Shown here one piece after another: positions 9,249-21,101 of a DNA stretch of 64,000 nt (its first letter is position 1; each line of letters opens with the position of its first letter). Source of the DNA: Blastocatellia bacterium (GTDB lineage Bacteria > Acidobacteriota > Blastocatellia > HR10). A program made the position numbers and the translations under genes. The notes under the pieces are model-generated. The model saw only the letters and a program-made list of their open reading frames with translations, searched no databases and was not told the DNA's origin. The stretch is from contig DATLZR010000105.1 in NCBI GenBank assembly GCA_035573895.1, forward strand, positions 4,779 through 68,778. The letters run 5' to 3'.

Positions 9249-10667
9249 GTGCCCGTCGGCGTTGTGACCTTTCTCGACAAAGTGAGGCGGACGATTCGCC
9301 GATACCGGATGGTGGAGGATGGGGATCTCGTGGTGGTGGCTGTTTCCGGAGGGCCTGATTCGCTCGCGCTGCTTCATGTTTTACGACTCCTACGGACAAA
9401 GACTTATCCTCGACTTCGTCTGCATGTGGCCCATCTCAATCATCGGCTGAGGGGAGAGGAGTCGGATGCTGATGAAGAGTTTGTTCGACATCTCGCCGAA
9501 GAGTTGGGCCTTCCGGTGACGACGGCTCGGATGGATGTGGCAGCACGTGCGCGGGCCCAGCGACGAAACGTTGAGGACGTCGGACGAGAAATTCGCTATC
9601 AGTTTCTCCGCACTGTTGCCCGAGACCTCGGAGCTGACCGAATTGCTACCGGTCATACGCTGACGGATCAAGCGGAAACGGTTCTCCTGCGCCTCGTTCG
9701 AGGGACGGGGGGAGACGGGTTGAGCGCCATTCATCCGGTGGTGGACCATTTGATCATCCGTCCGCTTCTTGGCGTTCGACGAGAGGAAACGCGGGACTTT
9801 TGCCAGCAGTTGGGCATCGCCGTGAGGGAGGATCGGACGAATCTCAGCCTCGCTCTGAGCCGGAACCGAATCCGGCTCGAGGTCCTGCCTTTGTTAAACC
9901 AGCTCAATCCGCAGGTCGTGGAAGCTCTGGGACGCGCAGCGGAAAATCTTCGCCTCGACGAAGAGTATTTCGACGAAGTCGTTCGGTGCCTCTGGCCGGA
10001 ACTTACCATGAGGGTAGAGAGGGAAAGGGTCGCGTTATCGGTCGAAAGGCTAAACACCCTTCATCCCGCTATCCGGTGGCGCGTCATTCGTCGCGCAGTG
10101 GCCGAACTGAAGGGGCACTGGCGGCGGTTGACGCATGCTCATTACATGGCGGTTGACTCGCTTCTCGCTAACGGGCGGAGCGGGCGGCAGATCGAACTTC
10201 CTCTGGGGGTGCGCGTGCAACGGGAATTCGATGCCCTCATCGTCTCCTTCCCAGGCGAACCGATCATGTCATATCGGTATGAGCTTGCCGAGAGCCAGCC
10301 GGTTCAGGCCGGGGAGTTCACCATCACGCTTCGGCGTGGCGTTAGAGCAGAAGAGGCCGTGCATTATACCGGCTCGATCCGACTCGATGAGAGGAAACTT
10401 CCGAGGCATCTTGCCGTGAGGAATCGTCGGCCCGGTGATCGTTATGTCCCAGCAGGGAGGCATCATCCCCGAAAGGTCAAAACCCTCATGCACGCCGCGC
10501 GTATCCCTCTTTCGCAGCGGGCGTGGTGGCCCCTGGTTGTGACATCCGATGACCAGATCGTGTGTGCACCCGAACTTCCTCCGGCCGCTGCATTTGTCCC
10601 TGATGAGACGACGGATACCTTCGCGCTCATCACCTTCTCTCGGTTGGGCTCTCAGCCCATTAAGTAA
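9249..10667 (+). CDS. tilS: tRNA(Ile)-lysidine synthetase TilS
   Basis: PP-loop LVVVAVSGGPDSLALLH near the N-terminus. C-terminal TilS substrate-binding region. The start is uncertain: GTG 9249, GTG 9264 and ATG 9309 are all possible, and the six-frame ORF starts at 9171 inside the upstream gene. Confidence 0.75.
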   Translation: MPVGVVTFLDKVRRTIRRYRMVEDGDLVVVAVSGGPDSLALLHVLRLLRTKTYPRLRLHVAHLNHRLRGEESDADEEFVRHLAEELGLPVTTARMDVAARARAQRRNVEDVGREIRYQFLRTVARDLGADRIATGHTLTDQAETVLLRLVRGTGGDGLSAIHPVVDHLIIRPLLGVRREETRDFCQQLGIAVREDRTNLSLALSRNRIRLEVLPLLNQLNPQVVEALGRAAENLRLDEEYFDEVVRCLWPELTMRVERERVALSVERLNTLHPAIRWRVIRRAVAELKGHWRRLTHAHYMAVDSLLANGRSGRQIELPLGVRVQREFDALIVSFPGEPIMSYRYELAESQPVQAGEFTITLRRGVRAEEAVHYTGSIRLDERKLPRHLAVRNRRPGDRYVPAGRHHPRKVKTLMHAARIPLSQRAWWPLVVTSDDQIVCAPELPPAAAFVPDETTDTFALITFSRLGSQPIK

Positions 10668-10925
10668 AGAGGTTGGCGGTTTCGGCAACGGATGTGCGAC
10701 AGTCATAGTCAAGGGGAGGACCAGGATCAGGGTGGTTGACAGGATCGGAGGAAGGCACCGATCCCTTCAATGAGTTGTGGCTGAGGCTGAGCGTTTGTGA
10801 TAAACTATCGGCCTGGAGACACAACGATGAGACGGAACCAACCGCGCGGGCGAAGAAGACATCTGAGAGGCGTGGTGATACTGAACGGACGGGTTCGCTG
10901 ATCTCATCAAGGAGGATCACAGGGC

Positions 10926-12866
10926 TTGGATTCAAAAGCGAAACAACTTGTCTTTTGGGTGCTGCTGGTTGGGACGGCGCTCCTGCTCTACAATCTGTTT
11001 CAGAATTCGAGTCGGACGACGATGGCCGACATTCCCTTTTCTCAACTGGTGACGTACATTCGCACGCGCCAGATTGAGTCGGCCGTCCTTCAAAACGACC
11101 GTATTACGGGCAAGCTCCGGAACGGCCAGCACTTCCGCTCCGACATCGCCAATCCGCAGGTGGCTGCCAAGGTCGCTGAGATGCTCACCGATCCCCAGAT
11201 CAACACCGACGGGCTACCAACGGTGACCTTTAAGGACGGCAGCAGCGGCCAGTGGATTTCCGTTTTCCTGACCTGGATCCTGCCGTTTCTCTTGTTCGCC
11301 GGATTCTGGGTCTTCATGCTGCGGCAAATGCAGGCCAGCGGCAACAAAGCGCTTAGCTTCGGCAAGAGTCGAGCGCGCCTGGCGTCGAACCATCAGAAGC
11401 GCGTGACATTCAAGGATGTGGCCGGCGTGGATGAAGCGAAAGAGGAGCTGCGCGAGATTATTGACTTCCTGAAAGATCCTCAGAAATTCCAGAAGCTTGG
11501 CGGTCGCATCCCCAAGGGCGTCCTTCTTATGGGTCCTCCGGGCACGGGCAAGACGCTGCTGGCTCGTGCGGTCGCCGGGGAAGCGGGCGTTCCATTTTTC
11601 TCCATCTCGGGATCGGAATTCGTTGAGATGTTCGTCGGCGTGGGAGCCTCGCGCGTGCGCGATCTCTTTGAGCAGGCGAAGAAGCACGCCCCCTGCGTCG
11701 TCTTCATTGATGAGATTGACGCGGTCGGACGTCATCGAGGCGCCGGGCTCGGAGGCGGCCACGATGAGCGGGAACAAACCCTTAATCAGCTACTCGTCGA
11801 GATGGACGGGTTTGAATCCAATGAGGGGGTGATCCTCATCGCCGCGACGAATCGTCCCGACGTGCTCGACCCGGCCTTGCTCCGACCGGGGCGGTTTGAT
11901 CGCCGCATCATCGTCAACCGGCCGGATTTGAAGGGGCGGGAGGAAATTCTTCGCGTTCACACGCGCAAGGTGCAACTGGGCGAGGATGTTGACCTCAAGG
12001 TTATTGCCCGAGGAACTCCGGGATTCACCGGAGCCGATCTGGCCAATCTCGTCAATGAAGCGGCACTGATTGCCGCACGCTACAACCGGAAGGCTGTCAC
12101 CATGCTTGATTTTGAAGAGGCCAAGGATAAGGTTCTCATGGGAAGCGAGCGGCGTTCGGTTATGCTCAGTGAGCAAGAGAAACGGAACACAGCCTATCAT
12201 GAAGCCGGTCACACGGTCGTGGCGCTTAAGGTTCCTCACGCCGATCCGATTCACAAGGTAACGATCATCCCACGCGGGTTGGCGCTCGGCGTCACTCAGC
12301 AACTGCCTGAATCGGATCGCCATATGCACACCCGCGAATACCTGGAGAGCCAGATCGCCATCATGATGGGTGGGCGCGTGGCGGAAGAAATTTTCCTCGG
12401 GAGCATGACGACCGGGGCCAGCAATGATCTGGAGCGCGCAACTGAAATTGCCCGGGAAATGGTCTGCAAGTTCGGCATGTCGCAGCTTGGCCCGTTGACT
12501 TTCGGCAGCAGCGATGAAGCCATCTTCCTCGGGAAGGAGCTGGTCCGTCATCAGAACTACAGCGAGGATACGGCGATCAAAATTGACCAGGAAGTGAAGC
12601 GGATCGTCATGGAGCAATACCAGCGGGCCCGCCAGATCATTGAGGAGAATCGCGAAGGTGTGGAGCGTCTCGTCCAGGCGCTTCTGGAGAAGGAAACACT
12701 CGATGCGCAGGAAATCGAGCGGTTGGTCAGCGGTCTTCCGCTCGAATCGAAAGAAGCCGTGACCTCTCCAGTGCCATCCACGGAGCCGAAAACGGAGAAA
12801 GAACCGAGCCGTCGGAAAAAGCCAATTATTCCGCCTGTCCCGGAGGATAACCCCGCTACGGCATGA
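10926..12866 (+). CDS. ftsH: ATP-dependent zinc metalloprotease FtsH
   Basis: N-terminal TM helix. AAA+ Walker A GPPGTGKT and Walker [12 protein letters not shown] region. Zn-binding HEAGHTVV (HExxH). TTG start at 10926 preceded by AAGGAGG. Confidence 0.9.
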   Translation: MDSKAKQLVFWVLLVGTALLLYNLFQNSSRTTMADIPFSQLVTYIRTRQIESAVLQNDRITGKLRNGQHFRSDIANPQVAAKVAEMLTDPQINTDGLPTVTFKDGSSGQWISVFLTWILPFLLFAGFWVFMLRQMQASGNKALSFGKSRARLASNHQKRVTFKDVAGVDEAKEELREIIDFLKDPQKFQKLGGRIPKGVLLMGPPGTGKTLLARAVAGEAGVPFFSISGSEFVEMFVGVGASRVRDLFEQAKKHAPCVVFIDEIDAVGRHRGAGLGGGHDEREQTLNQLLVEMDGFESNEGVILIAATNRPDVLDPALLRPGRFDRRIIVNRPDLKGREEILRVHTRKVQLGEDVDLKVIARGTPGFTGADLANLVNEAALIAARYNRKAVTMLDFEEAKDKVLMGSERRSVMLSEQEKRNTAYHEAGHTVVALKVPHADPIHKVTIIPRGLALGVTQQLPESDRHMHTREYLESQIAIMMGGRVAEEIFLGSMTTGASNDLERATEIAREMVCKFGMSQLGPLTFGSSDEAIFLGKELVRHQNYSEDTAIKIDQEVKRIVMEQYQRARQIIEENREGVERLVQALLEKETLDAQEIERLVSGLPLESKEAVTSPVPSTEPKTEKEPSRRKKPIIPPVPEDNPATA

Positions 12867-12944
12867 GTTGCCCGTAAGCTTGCCCTGCGCTCACATCCTC
12901 CACAGGTCGGGCGATGCGCCCTCTAGCTTCAAGCCAGAATGGGA

Positions 12945-14171
12945 TTACTCTGCCCCCTCCCTTTTGCTCCACCAAACGCAAAACCGGCTGTAAAGATGAG
13001 GCAGATGTTCGCCGGGACGCTCGGTGAACGTATCGGGCTGAATATCTATCCAGGAAAAATCATCCTGGGGAGGACGGCGTTTCTTCCCTTTCCAGGAGGA
13101 CACCGTTTTTACGGCAGCTTTGGGGGTGCCATCTGCTCGCCAGAGGCCAAACCAGCGTTCGTGTGGAGCCCGGTCGAGTGGCGGGAGGCCCCAGAGGTCT
13201 TGCACGTAATCGCTATAGCACCAGAGCATCGCTCCCATACATCCGACGTCATGGAGTGCCATCAAGGCCCGGTCAGTGTACTGACTGGCCTCCTCCTCGC
13301 GCAGGAGTGGAACGGGTGAGGGCACTTCTCCCTCTGGCGGGCTCGTCGGTGCGCCGAACTCCTCGAACAAAACCTCTCGCCTGCCAAGCCACCGCGTCAG
13401 CAGTGCAAGGAAGGGAAGGACACGGGCATCGGTAGGACCCTCAGCCCACCGAGCGTATACCGGGTAGCCATGCATGGAGAGGAAATCGCACACGCGACCG
13501 GCCTCGGCAGGTCCGAGGCGACGGTCTTCTTCGAGGTCTTCTGCATGGAGACCAACCGTGATGGGCCGATGTGGATCGTACTGGCGAATTGTCGCTGCCA
13601 TGCGCTCCAACCAATCTACCGCCGCCGTCGGCGACGGGGGCTGGACACAGTTGGAACTTTCGTTGCCCAGGTCCCACGCCCAGATCGCAGGGTGGTCCCG
13701 CAGCGAACCCACGATCTCTCTGATGAGAAGTTCTTGAGCACGCGCGATGTCCTCGTCCGTGTACCAGTTCCTGATCGTCGCGGCAACGACCCGACCCCCT
13801 GAGACGATCGGAAATCGTGAGCCATCACTGCCGGAAGCGAGAGCCCATGGCGGAATCCAGTTGGCTCCGCTCATGTGCCCGGTGAAGAAGGTCGGTATAA
13901 GGGAGAGTCCCAGGCGGAAGCCGCAATCGGCGACGAATCGAAGCCGGCTGACCGTATCACGAGAAATCCGGTTCGGTGCCGGTTGAAAATCCTCCCAGAG
14001 AAGAAAGATTCGCACGCTATCGAAACCCGCCTCGCGGATTCGGCCGAAGTCGCGCTCGACATCCGAAGGATTGAACCGTTGCCACCAGAAAAACGCCGTT
14101 GTCGCCGGCCAATAGTTGATCCCGAGCCGGAATGATAGTTCCTGAGAATTTCCCGTTGGTTCCTCTCTCAT
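12945..14171 (-). CDS. Glycoside hydrolase, clan GH-A (GH5/GH113-like), cytoplasmic
   Basis: LGINYWP...FGRIREAGFDSVRIFLLWEDFQP N-terminal (beta/alpha)8 signature and a GNE acid/base motif (WAWDLGNESSN). No signal peptide. Same strand as, and tightly following, the GT4 and ftcD genes. Confidence 0.6.
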   Translation of the reverse strand: MREEPTGNSQELSFRLGINYWPATTAFFWWQRFNPSDVERDFGRIREAGFDSVRIFLLWEDFQPAPNRISRDTVSRLRFVADCGFRLGLSLIPTFFTGHMSGANWIPPWALASGSDGSRFPIVSGGRVVAATIRNWYTDEDIARAQELLIREIVGSLRDHPAIWAWDLGNESSNCVQPPSPTAAVDWLERMAATIRQYDPHRPITVGLHAEDLEEDRRLGPAEAGRVCDFLSMHGYPVYARWAEGPTDARVLPFLALLTRWLGRREVLFEEFGAPTSPPEGEVPSPVPLLREEEASQYTDRALMALHDVGCMGAMLWCYSDYVQDLWGLPPLDRAPHERWFGLWRADGTPKAAVKTVSSWKGKKRRPPQDDFSWIDIQPDTFTERPGEHLPHLYSRFCVWWSKREGAE

Positions 14172-14201
14172 CGCGATCCAGGATAGTCGCGGGAGGAGTG
14201 A

Positions 14202-15245
14202 TCACTCTCTTCGCTGCGCGTGTCGTCGCAGCACTTCGTGATACGCGCGAATATATTCGTCAACCATTCGCTCCTGCGAGAAGTGCATTTCGACATGGCG
14301 GCGCACGCGTTCCCGGTTGATCTGAGGAAGACGAGCCACAGCCTCGACAGCCTCGTCCACCGTGTCCACGATGAACCCCGTCTCGCCATCCCGAATGATC
14401 TCGGGAACGGAACCGCGCCGTCGAGCGATGACGGGTGTCCCGCAGGCCATCGCCTCGATCATGCTCAGCCCGAACGGTTCATTGAAATTGATCAGATGAA
14501 GAAGGGCCCGTGCTCCACCCAATATATCGTTATGACATTCGGGGCCGACGGAGCCGAGATACTGAATGCGATCGCCGTCGAGGAAAGGAGCTACCTCGCG
14601 TCGAAAATATTCCTGGTCGTGAATGATCCCGGCGATGAGCAATCGCAGCCCCGTTCGACGAGCAACCTCGATAGCCTCGGCGACGCCCTTGTCATGATGG
14701 ATGCGCCCGAAAACGAGAAGATAATCTCCCGGTTCTCGACGAAGTCGGTAGTCTCCAAGAGGGATACCGTGATGGATGGTCGCAATGTAATCGAGCCGGG
14801 GATGGCGGTCGGCATGGCTTATAGCGACGTAGTAGACCGTCCCGTTGTACTTTTCATAGACGGGCAAGATGCGTTCGGAAGAGAATCCATGAATGGTCGT
14901 GAGAACAGGCGTCTGAATCAGTCGGCTGTAGGTGAGAGGAAGGAAGTCGAAGTGGTTGTGTATCAAATCGAACTCGTGCGCGCGCTCGAAGACGGCGGAG
15001 ATGTGCAAGCATTCCAAGACTTTAACGTCGAGCGTGGGATCTTCCGAGTAGGGACGCGGGCATACAGCCGAAAGACGCGCGCGTGTGACGGAGTCCGCCG
15101 TCGCAAACAGTGTGACATCTAATCCCCGATCCACAAGCCCCTCGGTCAGGAGCGAGACGACTCGTTCCCACGGTCCATAATGGCGCGGAGGCACGCGCCA
15201 GGAGATGGGGGCTAACATGGCGATGCGCAGGGGTTCTCTCGTCAT
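14202..15245 (-). CDS. Glycosyltransferase family 4 (GT-B, group 1)
   Basis: GT4 N- and C-terminal domains (EPFGLSMIEAMACGTPVIA motif). The start at Met5 (15245-15243) forms an ATGA overlap with the stop of the upstream ftcD-like gene, indicating translational coupling. An alternative start is at 15257. Confidence 0.75.
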   Translation of the reverse strand: MTREPLRIAMLAPISWRVPPRHYGPWERVVSLLTEGLVDRGLDVTLFATADSVTRARLSAVCPRPYSEDPTLDVKVLECLHISAVFERAHEFDLIHNHFDFLPLTYSRLIQTPVLTTIHGFSSERILPVYEKYNGTVYYVAISHADRHPRLDYIATIHHGIPLGDYRLRREPGDYLLVFGRIHHDKGVAEAIEVARRTGLRLLIAGIIHDQEYFRREVAPFLDGDRIQYLGSVGPECHNDILGGARALLHLINFNEPFGLSMIEAMACGTPVIARRRGSVPEIIRDGETGFIVDTVDEAVEAVARLPQINRERVRRHVEMHFSQERMVDEYIRAYHEVLRRHAQRRE

Positions 15246-16813
15246 ATCCAGGCGCATTGAGAACGGAAGACATTTTCGATCTTATCGGCCAGCGCTGCGG
15301 CGCGGGTCGTTAGTTCGACAACACGCCGACGTTGCTCGTTGTTGAATTCCTCATCGGTGATGGAACTCAGGTTGATGAGGACGTTGTAGGAGGCCCCTTT
15401 CACCGCGGCGATAGCCATCTGGCACCCGACAGCCACATCCGAAAGCGCATTCGGGTTGCCGATGTCCGCAAGCTCAGCCAAGAGTTCCAGTACGGTGCAA
15501 GCATCCATCGCCGTTTCCAGAGGGATCCTGGCCGCCTCTCTGGTTGCTTTCTGAACGGCTTCGGCGCGAACCAGCCGGTCAGCATCGGTATCGGCGGGAA
15601 GACGAGAGGCTGCCAGGACGCGATCGAAGCTTTCGGCATCCCTCTCGATTGCCATCGTGAGCGAATGGCGCAGGTGAGTGAGCCGGTCGAGAATATCTTT
15701 GACTCTGGACTCTCGGTCAGCGAACTTCTTCTTGCCAATGGTGAGGCGACAGACCATTTCTCCTAGGGCAGCGGCCAGGACACCAGCGAAAGCAGCCACG
15801 CTGCCGCCGCCGGGTGTCGGTGTTCCCGCGGCAACGCGGTCGGGGAAGGACCCGATGCTCTCGGCACCTGAGGATAAACCCGCGTCAGTTGTCCCTCGCT
15901 GCGCTTCGGCCAGAGCCGCGTTCAGTCGGTTCTCCAGAATCTGATCAGGAGTGAAATTCTCCAGTTGCAGATACCACTCAGCGCACTGATCCAGCGCTGC
16001 CTGAGGAACGAGCCCGACGATCTCGCTACTTAGGACGCTCACACCGTATCGTTCGGCTTCGCGCTTGACCATCTCGAAAGCGCGAAAGATGGGGGTCGCT
16101 TGATAATCGGTGAGGTTCATGGAAACCTGAACGAGTCCCCGATCCTTCAGTTCAAAGCCAAGAGCCTTGACGTACCGGAGTCCGCCATCCCGGCCGCGAA
16201 CGGCGCGGGCGATCTTCCGGGCGACATCAAGATTGGTTGTGTTGAGGTTCACGTTATAAGCGATGAGAGGTTGGCGCGCCCCGACAACGGTCGCTCCCGC
16301 CGTGGGATGGATCCTGGGCTCGCCAAAGTCAGGACGGCGATCCGGATCCGTCCTGATTGTTTCCCTCAAACCCTCAAATTCACCCCGGCGGATATTGGCT
16401 AAGTCAACCCGATCGGGTCGCGTGGCAGCTCGCTCGTAGAGATAGACGGGGATGCCTAATTCCTCAGCGATTCGTCGCCCCGTCCGGCGAGCCAGCTCCA
16501 CGCATTCGTCCATTGTGACGTTGCGAATGGGGATGAAGGGAATGACATCGGTCGCACCGATGCGGGGATGTTCTCCCTTGTGCCGGTTGAGATCAATCAA
16601 TTCTGCAGCCCGTCGGGTGGCTCTGACCGCTGCTTCCACGGCGGCATCGGGGTCGGCGACAAACGTGATGACCGACCGATTATGATCGGGATCCATCTCG
16701 CGATCGAGAAGAACAACATCGGGAACGGAGCAAATGGCTGCCACGATCTCATCCACAACCTCTCGCCGCCGTCCTTCGCTGAAGTTCGGCACGCATTCGA
16801 CAATCCTTTTCAT
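15242..16813 (-). CDS. ftcD: Bifunctional glutamate formimidoyltransferase / formimidoyltetrahydrofolate cyclodeaminase (FtcD-like fusion)
   Basis: The N-terminal ~320 aa match the formiminotransferase domain (MKRIVECVPNFSEGRR..., RIGATDVIPF). The C-terminal ~190 aa match the cyclodeaminase domain (GGGSVAAFAGVLAAALGEMV). 523 aa. Confidence 0.8.
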   Translation of the reverse strand: MKRIVECVPNFSEGRRREVVDEIVAAICSVPDVVLLDREMDPDHNRSVITFVADPDAAVEAAVRATRRAAELIDLNRHKGEHPRIGATDVIPFIPIRNVTMDECVELARRTGRRIAEELGIPVYLYERAATRPDRVDLANIRRGEFEGLRETIRTDPDRRPDFGEPRIHPTAGATVVGARQPLIAYNVNLNTTNLDVARKIARAVRGRDGGLRYVKALGFELKDRGLVQVSMNLTDYQATPIFRAFEMVKREAERYGVSVLSSEIVGLVPQAALDQCAEWYLQLENFTPDQILENRLNAALAEAQRGTTDAGLSSGAESIGSFPDRVAAGTPTPGGGSVAAFAGVLAAALGEMVCRLTIGKKKFADRESRVKDILDRLTHLRHSLTMAIERDAESFDRVLAASRLPADTDADRLVRAEAVQKATREAARIPLETAMDACTVLELLAELADIGNPNALSDVAVGCQMAIAAVKGASYNVLINLSSITDEEFNNEQRRRVVELTTRAAALADKIENVFRSQCAWI

Positions 16814-17204
16814 TTTGACTTCGCAGGCCTCCGTCGCTCACTTTTTTATCGCTTCTGATCGGCCCGCGCCCCAGGGGCGACGGGCACTCTCTCCCATCTG
16901 ACATCTCCCCGATCCGACGAGATGTCGGATGGGTCTAATACTATAGGCCGTCGAGAAGTGTGAGCGCAAAGGGTGCTTTCATCCACCAGTCCCGTGTGAT
17001 AGAATGCCAGCCCGCGTCATGGGGAAAACACCATGGGTCAAGCCGGTAACTGATGCACGTGACCGTGGCCAGGGGGCGTCGTGATGATCCCTCCGATGGA
17101 TGGGCATGGCATTATACCGGATTCCCATGAAAGCGGCTCGCCGTCAGGCAAGTGGCGACAGCCAAAAGATCATTTTATGAAATCTCACCAGCGAGGAGGG
17201 TGAC

Positions 17205-18875
17205 ATGTGGAGACAAGTTAAAGCGGCAGTGCTGCTCGTAATGCTTATGCTACTCGGTCCGAATCCTCTCCTGGCTCAAGGACCACAGGAGAAGGTGGAT
17301 TTGGACGTGATCGCTAAGATCAAGGAAGAGGGGCTTCAGCGATCGCGATACATGGAGATTCTCAGTTATCTCACCGACGTTTATGGTCCGCGCCTCACCG
17401 GCTCCCCACACTTCAAGGAGGCGGCCGAGTGGGCGCGACAAAAATTCACCGAATGGGGACTGCAGAATGCTCATCTCGAGCCCTGGGGACCATTCGGTCG
17501 TGGGTGGTCGCTGGAAGGCTTCACGCTGAATATCATCAAGCCGCGGTTCGCGCCGCTCATCGGCTATCCTAAGGCATGGTCGCCAAGCACTAAGGGTACG
17601 GTGCGCGGTCCCGTCGTTTATCTCGATGTCAAGAGCGAGGGGGACCTGGAAAAATATCGGGGCAAGCTCAAGGGAGCTATCGTCTTGATTGCGCCGGAGC
17701 GCCAGGTGAGCGCTCACTTCCAGCCGCAAGGGGCGCGCCTCTCTGACGAACGTCTTCTGGCGCTGGCCAATGCGGATCCTGCGGCCGGTCCCGGTCGTCG
17801 GTTCCAGCCCTCGCCCGAGCAGCGTGCTGCTCAGCAACTGGAAATGAAAAAGTGGCAGTTATGCTATTCGGAAGGAGCGGCGGTTGTTCTAGAGCCCGGT
17901 CGGGGAGACGGGGGCACGATTTTCGTAGGAGCAGTGACGTATCCCGTTTCGCCCGACACGCCGTTTGATCGGCGGCCCCGTCCCTGGGCCCAAGATGCTC
18001 CACCGGCAATCCCTCAGGTCGTCGTGGCTGTCGAGCATTACAATCGCCTTGTCCGAATGATTAACAAGGGAGTTCCGGTTGAGCTTGAGGTGGGAATTAC
18101 GAGTCAATTCCATGATCAGGACCTCAACGGCTACAACGTCATCGCCGAGATTCCTGGCACTGATCTCAAGGATGAGATCGTCATGCTGGGTGCGCATTTT
18201 GATTCCTGGCATTCGGGCACAGGGGCAACCGATAATGCCGCCGGATCGGCTGTCGTCATGGAAGCTGTCCGCATCCTTCAGGCCCTGGGGATTCGCCCTC
18301 GCCGGACGATTCGCGTTGCTCTCTGGGGTGGAGAAGAACAGGGATTGCTCGGTTCGCGCGCATATGTGGCTGAGCATTTTGGCCGACGAATTGATCCGCA
18401 GGGCCCGCCCGGCAGTGGGGGGTCCGATCGGTCCGACTCGTCGGCGAGCCCTCGATTCGAGCTTAAACCGGAGCACGAACGATTTTCCGCATACTTCAAT
18501 CTCGATAACGGGACAGGCAAAATCCGGGGCGTTTACATGCAGGGCAACGAGGCAGTACGACCGATCTTTCGCGCCTGGCTCGCCCCCTTCCGCGACATGG
18601 GCGCATCAACGCTGTCATTGGCCAATACCGGAGGGACCGATCACCTTTCGTTCGACGCTATCGGGCTGCCCGGATTTCAGTTCATCCAGGATCCCATCGA
18701 GTACGACACCCGGACTCACCACTCGAATATGGACGTCTATGATCGGATTCAAGAGGAGGACATGAAGCAGGCCGCGGTCATTATGGCTTCGTTTGTCTAT
18801 CATGCTGCCATGCGGGATCAAAAGCTCCCGCGTAAGCCGCTGCCGGGTACCGTTGTTGCTGCCGCCAGACGGTAG
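17205..18875 (+). CDS. Secreted M28-family aminopeptidase with PA domain
   Basis: Signal peptide [27 protein letters not shown]28 Zn-ligand motifs ([30 protein letters not shown]). 556 aa. Confidence 0.8.
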   Translation: MWRQVKAAVLLVMLMLLGPNPLLAQGPQEKVDLDVIAKIKEEGLQRSRYMEILSYLTDVYGPRLTGSPHFKEAAEWARQKFTEWGLQNAHLEPWGPFGRGWSLEGFTLNIIKPRFAPLIGYPKAWSPSTKGTVRGPVVYLDVKSEGDLEKYRGKLKGAIVLIAPERQVSAHFQPQGARLSDERLLALANADPAAGPGRRFQPSPEQRAAQQLEMKKWQLCYSEGAAVVLEPGRGDGGTIFVGAVTYPVSPDTPFDRRPRPWAQDAPPAIPQVVVAVEHYNRLVRMINKGVPVELEVGITSQFHDQDLNGYNVIAEIPGTDLKDEIVMLGAHFDSWHSGTGATDNAAGSAVVMEAVRILQALGIRPRRTIRVALWGGEEQGLLGSRAYVAEHFGRRIDPQGPPGSGGSDRSDSSASPRFELKPEHERFSAYFNLDNGTGKIRGVYMQGNEAVRPIFRAWLAPFRDMGASTLSLANTGGTDHLSFDAIGLPGFQFIQDPIEYDTRTHHSNMDVYDRIQEEDMKQAAVIMASFVYHAAMRDQKLPRKPLPGTVVAAARR

Positions 18876-19003
18876 CGCCAGTTCGTGCCCGGTGACGTTA
18901 TCCGGAAGGGCAGCCAAAAGCGATGGTTTGACAGCCCCGCGCTGGCTGCCCTACCATTAGGACGGTCATCATCTCGGAAGTCTCAAGCGAGGAGCATCTC
19001 GGC

Positions 19004-20686
19004 ATGACAACGACGAAAGAGATAACAACCAGTCTGGAGGACGCTCTCAGCCGATGGGAAGAGGAGACGCTTAAGCCCACGCTGGCGCGAATGCCAGAAC
19101 GGGCGGAGCAGTTTACCACTACATCTCTCGTGCCGATCAAGCGGCTGTACACACCGCTTGATATCGAGGATATTGATTTCTATCGCGACATCGGCTTCCC
19201 CGGAGAGTATCCCTTCACGCGGGGAATCCATCCGACGATGTACCGGGGGAAGCTCTGGACCATGCGCCAGTTCGCCGGCTATGGAACGGCCTTCGACACC
19301 AATAAACGGTTCAAGTACCTTCTCGAACAAGGTCAAACGGGTCTGTCCGTGGCCTTCGATCTCCCGACGCTGATGGGGCTGGATTCCGATCATCCTCTGT
19401 CGGAGGGTGAGGTTGGCAAATGCGGCGTTGCTGTCTCCAGCCTCGAAGACATGGAGGTGCTCTTTGACGGGATTCCGCTGGAGCAGGTGACGACCTCCAT
19501 GACGATCAATGCCCCGGCAGCCGTCATTTTCGCCATGTATCTCGTCGTCGCCGAGAAACAGGGAGCCGACTGGAAGAAGATCTCGGGGACGATCCAGAAC
19601 GATATTCTCAAGGAATACATCGCTCAGAAAGAGTGGATTTATCCTCCGCGCCCGCACATGCGGCTGATCGTTGACACGATTGCTTTCTGCACCCGAGAGG
19701 TTCCTCGCTGGAATACGATCTCCATATCCGGTTATCACATTCGTGAAGCGGGAGCGACGGCCCTGCAGGAACTGGCCTTTACGTTGCGCGATGGGATCGA
19801 GTACGTGGAGTGGTGCATGGCCGCTGGTCTGGATGTTGATGAATTTGCTCCCCGGTTGTCGTTCTTCTTCAACTGTCATAATGATTTCTTCGAGGAGATC
19901 GCCAAGTTCCGGGCAGCGCGTCGCGTCTGGGCGAAGGTCATGCGCGAGCGATTCGGGGCTAAGAACCCGCGCTCCTGGATGTGCCGGTTCCATACGCAAA
20001 CGGCCGGATGCAGTTTGACCGCGCAGCAGCCCTACAACAATGTTGTGCGCACGGCGATTCAAGCGCTCGCGGCTGTGCTTGGGGGGACTCAAAGTCTCCA
20101 TACGAACTCCCTCGATGAGGCGCTGGCCTTGCCCACCGAGTTCGCCGCCACGCTGGCCCTGCGAACGCAACAGATCATCGCGCACGAATCGGGCGTCACC
20201 AATACGGTTGATCCTCTTGCCGGAAGTTATTTCGTCGAACGCTTGACCACCGATATGGAGCGCGGCTGCTTCGAGTACTTTGAGAAGATTGATGCCATGG
20301 GCGGGATGATCGCGGCCATTGAACGCGGCTTCCCGCAGAAGGAGATTCACGAGGCCGCCTATCAGTATCAGCAAGCCATTGACCGCAAGGAAAAGATCAT
20401 CGTCGGCGTCAATGAGTACGTCGTTGACCGGGAGCCTCAGGAAATTCCCATTCTCTACATTGACGAAAGCGTCGCTGAAATCCAGAAGCAACGTCTGCGG
20501 GATCTGCGCAAACGTCGGGATAACGACAGGGTGCGCAAGAGCCTCGACGCTTTGAAGAGAGCGGCTGAGGGGACGGACAACACCATGCCCTATATCCTCG
20601 AGTGCGTTCGTGCTTACGCCACGCTCGGCGAGATTTGCGATGCGATGAAAGAGGTCTTTGGCGAATATCAGGAGCCTCCTTTCTAA
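19004..20686 (+). CDS. Methylmalonyl-CoA mutase, catalytic (large) subunit of the split type
   Basis: 560 aa. [32 protein letters not shown] and downstream MCM barrel motifs. Lacks the C-terminal B12 domain, which is encoded by the next gene. Confidence 0.9.
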   Translation: MTTTKEITTSLEDALSRWEEETLKPTLARMPERAEQFTTTSLVPIKRLYTPLDIEDIDFYRDIGFPGEYPFTRGIHPTMYRGKLWTMRQFAGYGTAFDTNKRFKYLLEQGQTGLSVAFDLPTLMGLDSDHPLSEGEVGKCGVAVSSLEDMEVLFDGIPLEQVTTSMTINAPAAVIFAMYLVVAEKQGADWKKISGTIQNDILKEYIAQKEWIYPPRPHMRLIVDTIAFCTREVPRWNTISISGYHIREAGATALQELAFTLRDGIEYVEWCMAAGLDVDEFAPRLSFFFNCHNDFFEEIAKFRAARRVWAKVMRERFGAKNPRSWMCRFHTQTAGCSLTAQQPYNNVVRTAIQALAAVLGGTQSLHTNSLDEALALPTEFAATLALRTQQIIAHESGVTNTVDPLAGSYFVERLTTDMERGCFEYFEKIDAMGGMIAAIERGFPQKEIHEAAYQYQQAIDRKEKIIVGVNEYVVDREPQEIPILYIDESVAEIQKQRLRDLRKRRDNDRVRKSLDALKRAAEGTDNTMPYILECVRAYATLGEICDAMKEVFGEYQEPPF

Positions 20687-20690
20687 CCCT

Positions 20691-21101
20691 ATGGTGGACC
20701 GAAGGATTCGCGTTCTTATCGCTAAACCCGGTCTGGACGGACATGACCGGGGAGCGAAAGTCATTGCGCGGGCATTGCGCGATGCCGGAATGGAGGTCAT
20801 CTACACTGGCCTGCGTCAGACCCCGGAGCAAATCGTCACCGCGGCCATCCAGGAAGACGTTGATGTCATTGGTCTCTCCATCCTCTCCGGGGCCCACATG
20901 ACGATCTGTCCGCGCGTCATGGAGCTTGTCCGGCAAAAGGGGCTGACGGATGTTTTGGTCGTCGTCGGTGGGATCATCCCCGATGAAGATATTCCCAAGC
21001 TCAAGGCCATGGGAATAGCCGAAGTCTTCCTGCCGGGAACGCTGCTGGAAGACATCATCCGTTTCATTCGAGAGAACGTCAGACGACAGGCGAGCGTGTA
21101 A
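20691..21101 (+). CDS. Methylmalonyl-CoA mutase, cobalamin-binding subunit
   Basis: [23 protein letters not shown] carries the DxHxxG B12-binding motif. ~137 aa from the Met after the upstream stop. Confidence 0.85.
   Translation: MVDRRIRVLIAKPGLDGHDRGAKVIARALRDAGMEVIYTGLRQTPEQIVTAAIQEDVDVIGLSILSGAHMTICPRVMELVRQKGLTDVLVVVGGIIPDEDIPKLKAMGIAEVFLPGTLLEDIIRFIRENVRRQASV

Noticed and set aside
10736-11077. 113-aa + strand ORF overlapping the ftsH 5' end in another frame
   Set aside because: ftsH is unambiguous (Walker A/B, HExxH). This ORF has no RBS or motif support.
18983-20800. 605-aa ORF on the minus strand entirely antisense to the methylmalonyl-CoA mutase gene
   Set aside because: Low-complexity R/P/G/L-rich translation with no motifs. 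A long shadow ORF like this is expected in high-GC DNA opposite a strongly supported gene, so it is an artefact.
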